DNA of 32,000 nt. Origin: Kineococcus radiotolerans SRS30216 = ATCC BAA-149 (GTDB taxonomy: Bacteria; Actinomycetota; Actinomycetes; Actinomycetales; Kineococcaceae). The notes under the pieces were generated by a model that did no database searches, was not told where the DNA came from, and saw only the letters and a list, made by a program, of their open reading frames with translations. The DNA lies in NCBI RefSeq assembly GCF_000017305.1, contig NC_009664.2, positions 3,960,001 through 3,992,000 on the forward strand, given 5' to 3'. Every line of letters starts with the position of its first letter. The first letter of the stretch is position 1. This document shows positions 12,300-20,371 of this stretch, one piece after another. The translations under genes were made by a program, and so were the position numbers.

Positions 12300-12866
12300 G
12301 TGAGACCGGGGGTCCGACTCGCCGTCGACGTCGGCAGCGTCCGCGTGGGGCTCGCCGCGTGCGACCCTGCGGGGGTGATCGCCTCGCCGGTGCGGACCCT
12401 CGTCCGCGACCCCGGGCACGACGCCGACGTCGCCGAGATCGCCGCGGAGGCGCGGGCGCGGGGCGCGGTGGAGATCGTCCTGGGCCTGCCGCTGTCCCTG
12501 GACGGTTCCGAGGGGCCGGCGGCCTTGCGCGCGCTCGACTACGCCGACAAGATCGTCCGCAGCGTCCCGGAGGTGCCCGTCCGACTCGTCGACGAGCGGC
12601 TGAGCACCGTCGGCGCGCACCGGGCGCTGCACGCCGCGGGTCTGAAGGAGAAGCAGTTCCGCGCCGTGGTCGACCAGGCCGCCGCGGTCGTGCTGCTCCA
12701 GGCGACCCTGGACGCGGAGCGCACCGGCCACGCCCCCGGACGGGTGGTGGCCGGGCCGAAGGGCCGACGCAAGGCCCGTCACCGCGGGCAGGGTGGGACC
12801 GGCACGGAACAGCAGGCGGACGCGGGAGGGCGGGCACGTCCCCACGCCACGGAGGGCAAGGGCTGA
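12300..12866 (+). CDS. ruvX: Putative pre-16S rRNA nuclease / Holliday junction resolvase-like protein YqgF
   Basis: N-terminal RLAVDVGSVRVGLAACD and the LGLPLSLDGSEG motif. It occupies the conserved position after alaS and has a basic C-terminal tail. Confidence 0.9.
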   Translation: MRPGVRLAVDVGSVRVGLAACDPAGVIASPVRTLVRDPGHDADVAEIAAEARARGAVEIVLGLPLSLDGSEGPAALRALDYADKIVRSVPEVPVRLVDERLSTVGAHRALHAAGLKEKQFRAVVDQAAAVVLLQATLDAERTGHAPGRVVAGPKGRRKARHRGQGGTGTEQQADAGGRARPHATEGKG

Positions 12867-13972
12867 TGATGGACCTGATGGATCTACCCGACACCCGCTC
12901 GGCCGGCGCGCGGCAGCGACGTCGCGTGCGCCGCCGCCGCGCCCTCGTCGCGCTCGTCGCGGCCCTCGCCGTCGTCGGCGGCGGGACCTGGGCCGCCTGG
13001 GGCACCCTCGGCCCCGTCGTCGCCCGCGTCACCGAGAGCGACGACTGGGACGGCGCCGGCACCGGCAGCGTCGACGTCAAGGTCTCCGCCGGCGACACCG
13101 GCCGCGCCATCGCGCGCACCCTCGTCGAGGCCGGGGTGGTGAAGACGCAGAGCGCCTTCGTGTCCGCCGCGGCCGCCCAGCCCGGGGCGGCCGGCATCCA
13201 GCCGGGCACCTACCGGCTCAAGGAGCGCATGTCGGCCGCCGCCGCCGTCGCCCTCCTCCTCGACCCCGCCGCGAAGGTCACCAGCCGGCTCACCGTCCCC
13301 GAGGGGCTGCGGGCCGAGCAGGTCTTCGCCCTCATCGAGCAGAACACCCCCATCACCGGCGAGCAGGTCCGCGCGGCCCTCGCGGACCCGGCCGCGCTGG
13401 GGCTGCCCGCCGCCGCCGGCGGCAACGTCGAGGGCTACCTCTTCCCCGCCACCTACGACGTCGACCCCGACGAGACGGCCGTCGAGCTGCTCGGCGCGAT
13501 GGTCGCCCAGACCGGCAAGGTCCTCGACAGCCTGGGCGTCGCCCCCGAGCAGGTCCGCGACGTCGTCGTGAAGGCGAGCATCGCGCAGAAGGAGGCCCGC
13601 TCCGCCGAGGACATGGCCAAGGTGACGCGCGTCCTGGAGAACCGCCTCGCCGACGGGATGAACCTGCAGCTGGACTCCACCGTCAGCTACGCCGTCGGCT
13701 CCTCCAACGTCGTCACGACCACCGCCGAGCAGCGCGCCACCGACTCGCCGTGGAACACCTACCGCAACCCCGGTCTGCCCGCCGGCCCCATCAGCAACCC
13801 CGGCGAGGACGCCCTGCGCGCCGCGGTGTCCCCCGCCGAGGGGCCCTGGCTGTTCTTCGTCACGGTCGACCTCGCCACGGGGGAGACCCGCTTCGCGACG
13901 ACCGCGGCCGAGCACCAGGCCAACGTCCTGCTCTTCCAGCGGTACCTGCGGGAGCACCCCGAGGGGCAGTGA
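12866..13972 (+). CDS. mltG: Endolytic murein transglycosylase MltG (YceG-like)
   Basis: ATG at 12866 overlaps the ruvX stop (TGATG). There is an N-terminal TM (ALVALVAALAVVGGG). YceG motifs: TVPEGLRAEQV, EGYLFPATYD, LQLDSTVSY, SPWNTYRNPGLPAGPISNPG. Confidence 0.9.
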   Translation: MMDLMDLPDTRSAGARQRRRVRRRRALVALVAALAVVGGGTWAAWGTLGPVVARVTESDDWDGAGTGSVDVKVSAGDTGRAIARTLVEAGVVKTQSAFVSAAAAQPGAAGIQPGTYRLKERMSAAAAVALLLDPAAKVTSRLTVPEGLRAEQVFALIEQNTPITGEQVRAALADPAALGLPAAAGGNVEGYLFPATYDVDPDETAVELLGAMVAQTGKVLDSLGVAPEQVRDVVVKASIAQKEARSAEDMAKVTRVLENRLADGMNLQLDSTVSYAVGSSNVVTTTAEQRATDSPWNTYRNPGLPAGPISNPGEDALRAAVSPAEGPWLFFVTVDLATGETRFATTAAEHQANVLLFQRYLREHPEGQ

Positions 13973-13982
13973 GAACCACGCG

Positions 13983-14843
13983 ATGAAGGCTGCCGTGTGC
14001 GGTTCCCCCATCCAGCACTCGCTGTCGCCGGCCCTGCACCGCGCCGCCTACGCGGCGCTCGGCCTGGACGGGTGGAGCTACGACCTCCTGGAGGTCGACG
14101 AGGAGCGCCTGCCCTCCGTCGTCGGCGCCCTCGACGCCACCTGGGCCGGGCTCAGCCTGACCATGCCCCTGAAGCAGGCCGTCGTGCCGCTGGTCGACGA
14201 GGTCAGCGATTTCGCCCGCGCCGTCGGCTCCGTGAACACCGTCGTCGTCACCCCCCGCCTGGACCGGCGCAACACCCCCGGCCGGCGGGGGGTCCGCCTG
14301 CGCGCCGAGAACACCGACGTCATCGGGCTGGTCACCGCGCTCGCCGAGGCCGGTGCGGACCGGGTCCGGCGTGGGGTCGTCCTGGGCGGGGGAGCGACCG
14401 CCCGCTCCGCCGTCGTCGCGCTCCTGCAGGCCGGCTGCCCCCGCCCCGTCGTCGTGGTCCGGTCCCCCGACCGGGCCGTGGAGCTCAAGGGCGTCGCCGC
14501 CCGCCTCGGCGGCGAGGTCGAGGTCCGCGACTGGTCCGAGCTGCCCGTCGCGCTGTCCGCCGACGTCGTCGTCTCCACCGTCCCCATCGGCGGATCCGAC
14601 GCGATGGCCGACGCCGTGCTGGGCGCCTTCCGCCCCGTGTGGTGGCCGCTGCTGCTGGACGTCGTCTACGCCCCCTGGCCCACGCCCCTCGCCCAGCGCT
14701 GGGGCGGGACCGTCGTCGGCGGGTTCGAGATGCTGCTGCACCAGGCCGTCGCGCAGGTCGAGCTCATGACCGGGCGCGCGGGGCCGGTCGAGGCCATGCG
14801 CGCCGCGGGGTTGGCGGCGCTGCGCAAGCGGGCCCGCGCCTGA
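13983..14843 (+). CDS. aroE: Shikimate dehydrogenase
   Basis: 286 aa. Motifs: GSPIQHSLSPALHRAAY, LSLTMPLKQ, NTVV, ENTD. Confidence 0.92.
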   Translation: MKAAVCGSPIQHSLSPALHRAAYAALGLDGWSYDLLEVDEERLPSVVGALDATWAGLSLTMPLKQAVVPLVDEVSDFARAVGSVNTVVVTPRLDRRNTPGRRGVRLRAENTDVIGLVTALAEAGADRVRRGVVLGGGATARSAVVALLQAGCPRPVVVVRSPDRAVELKGVAARLGGEVEVRDWSELPVALSADVVVSTVPIGGSDAMADAVLGAFRPVWWPLLLDVVYAPWPTPLAQRWGGTVVGGFEMLLHQAVAQVELMTGRAGPVEAMRAAGLAALRKRARA

Positions 14844-15039
14844 CGGTGCTGCCGCGGGGTGGACGCTGCCACCACCCGGTTCGATAGCACCACGCCGAGT
14901 CCGTTCCCCGCCGCCCGGCTACGCCTCAAGGGCGACGCACCCTCGGAGGTGCCGCCTCGGCCTCGGTGCAACCGTCTGCACCGACGGGGAGCGGGCACCG
15001 TCGCGGGGGCGTCGTCCCGGCCCGGGCTGCGGGACGGCC

Positions 15040-16230
15040 TCAGCGGTGGAGGAGGTCCACGATCGTCGTGCTGGTGGTGTCGTCGTAGGTGACCGTGCCG
15101 CCGGTGAACGTCTGGCGCACCCCGTTCGCCCGCACCTGCTGCTCAGCCGTCGGCCAGCCGAGCAGACCCGTCTCCCAACCCCGGTCCTTCCACGCGCCGA
15201 GCACCTCGGGGGACAGGACGGCGTAGGTCCCCGCAGCGCTCGAGGCCACCACGCCGTTCTCGAAGGAGGTCACGGTGCCCCTGTCCCACTGCTCCTCGGC
15301 GATCAGCGGGTACCCCAGCGCTCCGCGCTCCCACCCGTCGGCCGCGAAGCGGTTCAGCACGGCGCCGTGCAACGCGACGACCGCTCCCGCCGAGGAGTCG
15401 GTGGCGGGCGCGCGGTACACCAGGCCGCCCTGGAACCGCTGCACCGCCCCGCCCCGGTCGAGATCGATCGCCTCGCTCGAGGGGTAGCCGAGCCAACCCT
15501 TCTCCCAGCCCAGCCGGGCCCAGCCGTCCCTAAGGCTTCCGGAGACGACCTGCGCCCCGGTCGCTGACGACCAGTAGACGGATCCGTGTTCGAAGTGGGT
15601 GAACGCACCGCCCGCCAGGGCCGTCTCCGAGGTGGTCGGGAAGCCCAGGTCCCCGGTCTCCCACCCCGCCGCCGCGTATCGGCCCAGGATCGCTCCCCGC
15701 ACGGCACGAGCCGTGGTGCGGCCGTCCTGCAGGTAGACCAGGCCCCCGGTGAAGTGCTGCACGACGCCACCGGCGACGGCGTCGGCGTCAGAGGTGGGGA
15801 AGCCCAGCCAACCGTGTTCCCAGCCCCCGTCCGCGTAGGCGCCCAGGATCGGCCCCTCCACCACGTGAGCCCCGCTCGCGGAGGTCCAGTACACGTTGCC
15901 GTGCTCGAAGACGGACACCGCTCCGCCGCGCAGCGCCACCTCGTCGGTGACGGGCCAGCCGAGTCGGCCCTCCTGGGCCTCCAGCTCCTGGTAGCGGCCG
16001 AGGATCGCACCCTTGACGGTGCGCTTCACCCCGCCGCGGTTGTACAGGACGCTCCCGTCGGGCTGCGGCGTCGCTGCCTGCGGGACACCCGGGACGATGA
16101 CGATCGTCGGCTCCGCCCGTGCTGAGGCGGGGACGGCGGCAGCCCCCACCAGAGCGCTGGCGCAGCCGACGGCGGCGGCCAGGCGCAGCACCCCGCGGCG
16201 CCGGGTGGTGGTCGAGATGTCGTGTCGCAA
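15040..16230 (-). CDS. Secreted LGFP-repeat (cell-wall associated) protein
   Basis: There are six LG[WFY]P repeats: LGWPVTDE, LGFPTSDA, LGFPTTSE, LGYPSSEA, LGYPLIAE, LGWPTAEQ. I chose TTG at 16230 because AGGAGA lies 4 nt upstream, giving LRHDISTTTRRRGVLRLAAAVGCASALVGAAAVPASARA, a twin-arginine-like signal. The track start at 16323 adds 31 residues with no ribosome-binding site. Confidence 0.85.
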   Translation of the reverse strand: MRHDISTTTRRRGVLRLAAAVGCASALVGAAAVPASARAEPTIVIVPGVPQAATPQPDGSVLYNRGGVKRTVKGAILGRYQELEAQEGRLGWPVTDEVALRGGAVSVFEHGNVYWTSASGAHVVEGPILGAYADGGWEHGWLGFPTSDADAVAGGVVQHFTGGLVYLQDGRTTARAVRGAILGRYAAAGWETGDLGFPTTSETALAGGAFTHFEHGSVYWSSATGAQVVSGSLRDGWARLGWEKGWLGYPSSEAIDLDRGGAVQRFQGGLVYRAPATDSSAGAVVALHGAVLNRFAADGWERGALGYPLIAEEQWDRGTVTSFENGVVASSAAGTYAVLSPEVLGAWKDRGWETGLLGWPTAEQQVRANGVRQTFTGGTVTYDDTTSTTIVDLLHR

Positions 16231-16413
16231 GGGGTCTCCTCCGGGATGGTGCTGACCCCAGGAACGTCGGCCAGCCCGTGCCCCACCTGATGCGGTGTCA
16301 CCCGTTGCGCTCAAGCGGCCCACGTCGCGGGCCGTGCGTCCGGGTGCCGGCCGCGTTCGTCCGGCTGGGGGACCACGGTCAAGGTCGGTCCTTCCGCTCC
16401 CGATGGATCCCTG

Positions 16414-16434
16414 GAGCGCTGGACGTCAGCGCTC
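16414..16434. promoter_or_regulatory. Inverted repeat GAGCGCTG-N5-CAGCGCTC upstream of pilT
   Basis: Perfect 8-bp arms at 16414-16421 and 16427-16434, each containing the palindrome AGCGCT. The site is 39 nt upstream of the pilT ATG in the divergent LGFP/pilT intergenic region. Function is unknown: it could be an operator or a small hairpin in the 5' UTR. Confidence 0.25.
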
Positions 16435-16472
16435 TGTTGTCGTGTCCTGCCAGGGCGCGCGGAGGGAGCGAG

Positions 16473-17882
16473 ATGGGCAACACCGGTCAGGGCGACCAGT
16501 CCCCCGTGGGGGCTTACGTCCCGGTGAACATGCGAGGGGGAGCGGACGGCGTGCCGTCGGCACGTCCGAACATCACCGCTCTCCTCAAGCAGCTCGAGAC
16601 CGACCAGGCCGTGATCGCCGCCCCGTCGCCCGAGCCCGTCGGGATGCGGCTGGAGCCGCTCGGGGAGGAGGCGCCGCGGCACTCCTCCGCGCCCGTGGCG
16701 CCGGTCCTGGCCGCCCCCGTGGTGGCGCCGGTCGTGGCCCGGCTGGCGCCTGAACCCGCCGTCCAGGCTACGGAGACGGCAGCGCTCGTCACCACCGGCG
16801 GCGACCACGACCGCGGCCCCACCGTCCGGGTCAATGATGTGCTGATCCGCGCGCTGGAGCTCGGGGCCTCCGACATCCACCTCACCGTGGGGACCCACCC
16901 CTCCGCCCGGGTCTCCGGCGAGGTCGAGCCCATGGACGAGTTCCCCCGGATGACCACCAACGTGCTGCAGGAGATGATCTACGCGATCCTCACGCAGAAG
17001 CAGCGCGAGACCTTCGAGGCCAACCTCGAGCTCGACTTCGCCTACCAGGTCCCCGGGCACTCGCGCTTCCGCGTCAACGTGTACCGCCAGCGCGAGTCGA
17101 CCGGTGCGGCCTTCCGCCAGATCCCCTTCGAGATCAAACCCCTCGAGGACCTCGGCGTCCCGCCGGTCGTGGGGTCCTTCGCGGGTCTGCAGCGCGGGTT
17201 CGTCCTGGTCACCGGTCCCACCGGTTCGGGCAAGTCGACAACGCTCGCCTCGGTCGTCGACCTCGCGAACCGGACCCGCAGGGACCACATCATGACCGTG
17301 GAGGACCCCATCGAGTTCCTGCACCGGCACAAGAGCTGCATCGTCAACCAGCGCGAGGTCGGGGAGGACACCAAGTCCTTCGCCAACGCACTGAAGAGCG
17401 TGCTGCGCCAGGACCCCGACATCATCCTCGTCGGCGAGATGCGCGACCTCGAGACGATCTCGGTGGCGCTGACCGCCGCCGAGACCGGTCACCTCGTCTT
17501 CGGCACCCTGCACACCTCCAGCGCCGCCTCCACGATCGACCGCGTCATCGACGTCTTCCCGCCCCACCAGCAGACCCAGATCCGCGCCCAGTTCGCCGGC
17601 GCGATCCAGGGCATCGTCTGCCAGACCCTCTGCAAGCGCGCCGACGGCCGTGGTCGCGTCGTCGCCACCGAGGTCCTCGTCGCCACCCCCGCCATCCGCA
17701 ACCTCATCCGCGAGGGCAAGACCCACCAGATCGGCACCGCCATGCAGGCCGGCGCCCAGTTCGGGATGCACACCCTCGACCAGCACCTGGCCGAGCTCGT
17801 CAAGACCCGCCAGATCACGTTCGAACACGGCCTGGAGAAGTGCCACGCCGCCGACGAGTTCCGCCGCCTCACCGGGCGCTGA
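16473..17882 (+). CDS. pilT: PilT-family type IV pilus ATPase with about 115-aa Pro/Ala/Val-rich N-terminal extension
   Basis: ATG at 16473 follows GGAGGGAG at 16461-16468. Core motifs: LELGASDIHL, Walker A GPTGSGKSTT, Asp box HIMTVEDPIEF, Walker B DIILVGEMRD, His box TGHLVFGTLHTSSA, and the PilT-specific PAIRNLIREGK. There is no GspE/PilB-type N-terminal domain and no C-terminal tetracysteine motif. By my count about 90 percent of codons in the extension end in G/C, which supports it being translated. Confidence 0.9.
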   Translation: MGNTGQGDQSPVGAYVPVNMRGGADGVPSARPNITALLKQLETDQAVIAAPSPEPVGMRLEPLGEEAPRHSSAPVAPVLAAPVVAPVVARLAPEPAVQATETAALVTTGGDHDRGPTVRVNDVLIRALELGASDIHLTVGTHPSARVSGEVEPMDEFPRMTTNVLQEMIYAILTQKQRETFEANLELDFAYQVPGHSRFRVNVYRQRESTGAAFRQIPFEIKPLEDLGVPPVVGSFAGLQRGFVLVTGPTGSGKSTTLASVVDLANRTRRDHIMTVEDPIEFLHRHKSCIVNQREVGEDTKSFANALKSVLRQDPDIILVGEMRDLETISVALTAAETGHLVFGTLHTSSAASTIDRVIDVFPPHQQTQIRAQFAGAIQGIVCQTLCKRADGRGRVVATEVLVATPAIRNLIREGKTHQIGTAMQAGAQFGMHTLDQHLAELVKTRQITFEHGLEKCHAADEFRRLTGR

Positions 17883-17896
17883 GAGAGGACAGATCG

Positions 17897-19150
17897 ATGG
17901 CAACCGCTATCAAGGCGCCGGCACGTTCGGGGCACACGACCTTCGAGTACTCCGCCCGCGACAGGTCGGGCAAGCTCGTCAAGGGCGTCCTCGAGGCCAG
18001 CGACAGCAGTGCGGTCCTGGGCCGCCTCAAGAGCCAAGGCCTCGCCCCGGTCTCGGTGGAGGCGTCCAAGGCGGGCAAGGGCATGCAGATGGAGATCGCG
18101 CTACCCGGGTCCAACAGGGTCGGGCTGAAGGATCTCGCACTGATGTCGCGTCAGTTCGCGACGATGGTCTCCTCCGGGCTCTCGCTCATCAGGGCGCTCT
18201 CGATCCTGGCCGAGCAGGCGGAGAGCAAGAAGCTCGCGGCCACCCTCGGAGAGGTACGTGCCGAGGTCGAGACGGGTGCTTCCCTCTCCACGACCTTGGC
18301 GAAGCACGACCGCATCTTCCCCCCGTTGATGATCAACATGATCCGGGCCGGCGAGGTGGGCGGTTTCCTGGACCAGGTGCTGGTCCAGATCGCCGACAAC
18401 TTCGAGTCGGAGGTGAAGCTCAAAGCCAAGGTGAAGTCGGCGATGACCTACCCGGTGGTCGTCTTCATCATCGCCATCCTCGCCGTCGTCGGGATGCTCC
18501 TGTTCATCGTCCCGGTCTTCACCCAGATGTTCTCCGACCTCGGCGGCAAGCTGCCGCTACCGACGCAGATCCTCGTCTACCTCTCCACCGCCATGAAGTG
18601 GGGCGCGCCTTTCGGTGTCGTCGCCCTCGTCGTCGGGTCGATCGTCTGGAACCGTGTCAGGAACAAGGACGAGGTCCGCAACATTGTCGACCCCGTCAAG
18701 CTGAAGATGCCAATTTTCGGCTCGTTGACGCAGAAGATCGCCCTGAGCAGGTTCACTCGGAACCTCGGGACCATGCTGCGTTCTGGTGTTCCCATCCTGC
18801 AGAGCCTGGAGATCGTCGGCAACGCGGCGGGCAACGTGGTCATCAGGCGAGCAGCCATCGACGTCATGGAGAGCGTCCGCTCGGGGCGATCCCTCGCTGG
18901 ACCGCTGGCCGAGCACAAGGTGTTCCCGGCGATGGTCGTGCAGATGATGAGCGTCGGGGAGGACACCGGTGCCCTCGACTCCATGCTGCATAAGATCTCC
19001 GACTTCTACGACCAGGAGGTCGAGGCCACCACGGACGCCCTCACCAGCCTGATCGAGCCGCTGATGATCGCCGTCCTCGGCGGCATCATCGGCTCCATGA
19101 TCATTGCGCTGTACATGCCGATCTTCGGTGTTTTCAACCTCATCAGCTGA
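17897..19150 (+). CDS. pilC: Type IV pilus platform protein PilC (GspF family)
   Basis: ATG at 17897 (MATAIKAP...), 417 aa. It shows the duplicated T2SS-F architecture, with LSRQFATMVSSGLSLIRAL in the first half and FTRNLGTMLRSGVPILQSL in the second, three TM blocks, and the terminal LMIAVLGGIIGSMIIALYMPIF. Confidence 0.92.
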   Translation: MATAIKAPARSGHTTFEYSARDRSGKLVKGVLEASDSSAVLGRLKSQGLAPVSVEASKAGKGMQMEIALPGSNRVGLKDLALMSRQFATMVSSGLSLIRALSILAEQAESKKLAATLGEVRAEVETGASLSTTLAKHDRIFPPLMINMIRAGEVGGFLDQVLVQIADNFESEVKLKAKVKSAMTYPVVVFIIAILAVVGMLLFIVPVFTQMFSDLGGKLPLPTQILVYLSTAMKWGAPFGVVALVVGSIVWNRVRNKDEVRNIVDPVKLKMPIFGSLTQKIALSRFTRNLGTMLRSGVPILQSLEIVGNAAGNVVIRRAAIDVMESVRSGRSLAGPLAEHKVFPAMVVQMMSVGEDTGALDSMLHKISDFYDQEVEATTDALTSLIEPLMIAVLGGIIGSMIIALYMPIFGVFNLIS

Positions 19151-19167
19151 GCACCTCGTCAGGTACC

Positions 19168-19205
19168 GGCACGGCCGGTGAGCGGATCCGCTCACCGGCC
19201 GTGCC
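19168..19205 (+). terminator. 38-nt perfect palindrome (about 16-bp stem around GGATCC) directly after pilC
   Basis: GGCACGGCCGGTGAGCGG AT CCGCTCACCGGCCGTGCC, read directly from the sequence. It begins 17 nt after the pilC stop. There is no U-tract (the following bases are TCTCGTG), which is common for GC-rich actinobacterial terminators. It could instead be an RNA-stability element or a protein-binding site. Confidence 0.55.
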
Positions 19206-19366
19206 TCTCGTGCGTCAGGGGTGTTCGGCCTTCCGGGTGATCGCCTGCACTCGATGCTCAAGCTCGCTGCGACGGCAGCCGAAGTACTGAGTACAAGAGC
19301 CGCCACACCGGACACTCGGTGCGCGAACCGCGAGCGGCTCCAGGTTCTCACGAAGGGGAGCATCGA

Positions 19367-19819
19367 ATGCTCGCTCGCATCCGCAAGTCGATCGAGGACA
19401 AGGACCAGGGCTTCACCCTGATCGAGCTCCTCGTTGTCATGATCATCATCGGCATCCTCGCGGCCATCGCCATCCCGGTCTTCCTGTCGCAGCGCGCCAA
19501 GGCGCGCGAGACCTCGGCGAAGTCCGACGTCTCGGTCATCGGCAAGGAGCTCGCGGCCTACTACGTCGACGGGACCGGCGCCCTCACGGCTGCCGGCAAC
19601 CAGACCAGCGGGTGGACGCTCGCCGGCGGCACGCCCTCCGTGACCGTGGCCAGCGGCAAGCTGAGCCCCGGCAACAAGGTGCTGGTCAGCACCATCACCA
19701 GCCCGACCACCTACTGCGTCATCGTCAAGAGCGGCTTCGCCGCTGACGGTTCCGGTACGTCCACGGACGCCGCGTGGCGCTTCAACCAGGACGGGATCGC
19801 CAAGAGCGAGACCTGCTGA
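19367..19819 (+). CDS. pilA: Type IV pilin, probable major pilin (class III signal peptide)
   Basis: ATG at 19367 after GGGGAG. The leader is MLARIRKSIEDKDQG, then FTLIELLVVMIIIGILAAIAIPVF, giving Gly-1, Phe+1 and Glu+5. 150 aa. Two Cys residues (TYCVIV and the C-terminal SETC) fit a pilin D-region disulfide. It is flanked by hairpins on both sides. Confidence 0.9.
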   Translation: MLARIRKSIEDKDQGFTLIELLVVMIIIGILAAIAIPVFLSQRAKARETSAKSDVSVIGKELAAYYVDGTGALTAAGNQTSGWTLAGGTPSVTVASGKLSPGNKVLVSTITSPTTYCVIVKSGFAADGSGTSTDAAWRFNQDGIAKSETC

Positions 19820-19833
19820 CACGCGTGAAGTGA

Positions 19834-19861
19834 GGAGGGGGCGGCGAATGCCGCCCCCTTC
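19834..19861 (+). terminator. GC-rich hairpin after the major pilin gene
   Basis: GGAGGGGGCGGC GAAT GCCGCCCCCTTC forms a 12-bp stem with one G-U pair and a 4-nt loop, starting 15 nt after the pilin stop. It is followed by TTCGTG. It overlaps a GAGGAGG and an in-frame ATG at 19848, which is an alternative start for the next pilin. Confidence 0.55.
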
Positions 19862-19895
19862 GTGCGCTCTGCCGGACGGCCCACCAGGAGGAACC

Positions 19896-20330
19896 GTGAG
19901 CAAGGACCAGCACGGAGATCACGGGTTCACCCTCGTCGAGCTCCTCGTCGTCATGGTCGTCATCGGGATCCTCGCGGCGATCGCCGTGCCCATCTTCACG
20001 TCACAGCGCGCAGCTGCGCGCGACACGGCGGTCAAGCAGGACGTCACCGCCTTCGGCAAAGAAGTCGCGGCCTACTTCGTGGACGGCACCGGGGTTCTGG
20101 GCGTCCCCGACGCGACCTCCCGGCCGGGGTACCTGGTGCTGACCGACGACGCCAGGCCGAGCTACGTCATCACCGTCAGGTTGAGTGCGGGGACGCGGCT
20201 GGCGGCGCCCCCCGTCGTCCTCGACGCGACGCACTGGTGCGTGGCCCTCACCAATGACGCGGGACGGCAGAAGACCTACAACTACGCCACCAGCGGCGGC
20301 TCCTCGGGACTCGGGTCGGGTCCGTGCTGA
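19896..20330 (+). CDS. Type IV pilin paralog
   Basis: GTG at 19896 follows AGGAGG at 19886-19891. The leader is VSKDQHGDHG, then FTLVELLVVMVVIGILAAIAVPIF. Two Cys residues (HWCVAL and the terminal GPC). An alternative in-frame ATG at 19848 would give a 26-aa leader. Confidence 0.85.
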   Translation: MSKDQHGDHGFTLVELLVVMVVIGILAAIAVPIFTSQRAAARDTAVKQDVTAFGKEVAAYFVDGTGVLGVPDATSRPGYLVLTDDARPSYVITVRLSAGTRLAAPPVVLDATHWCVALTNDAGRQKTYNYATSGGSSGLGSGPC

Positions 20331-20371
20331 ACGCCCACCGCACCACGACGCCGCGATCCCAGGAGACGCAC

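Noticed and set aside
14851-14900. A GGTTCGA T-loop-like motif (14878-14884) downstream of aroE, considered as a tRNA or a tRNA 3'-end remnant marking an integration site.
   Set aside because: I could not build a T-stem, an acceptor stem or the rest of a cloverleaf around it. The motif alone is too short to be meaningful.
19206-19366. A sigma-54 type (GG-N10-GC) or clear sigma-70 type promoter upstream of the major pilin.
   Set aside because: GGCAG at about 19284 is not followed by GC at the right spacing, and Actinobacteria are not known to use sigma-54. I could not find a convincing -35/-10 pair, so no promoter is annotated.
19221-19421. A 66-aa plus-strand ORF in the pilC-pilA intergenic region.
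   Set aside because: It overlaps the pilA start out of frame, has no ribosome-binding site, and has a noise-like Ala/Arg/Ser composition.
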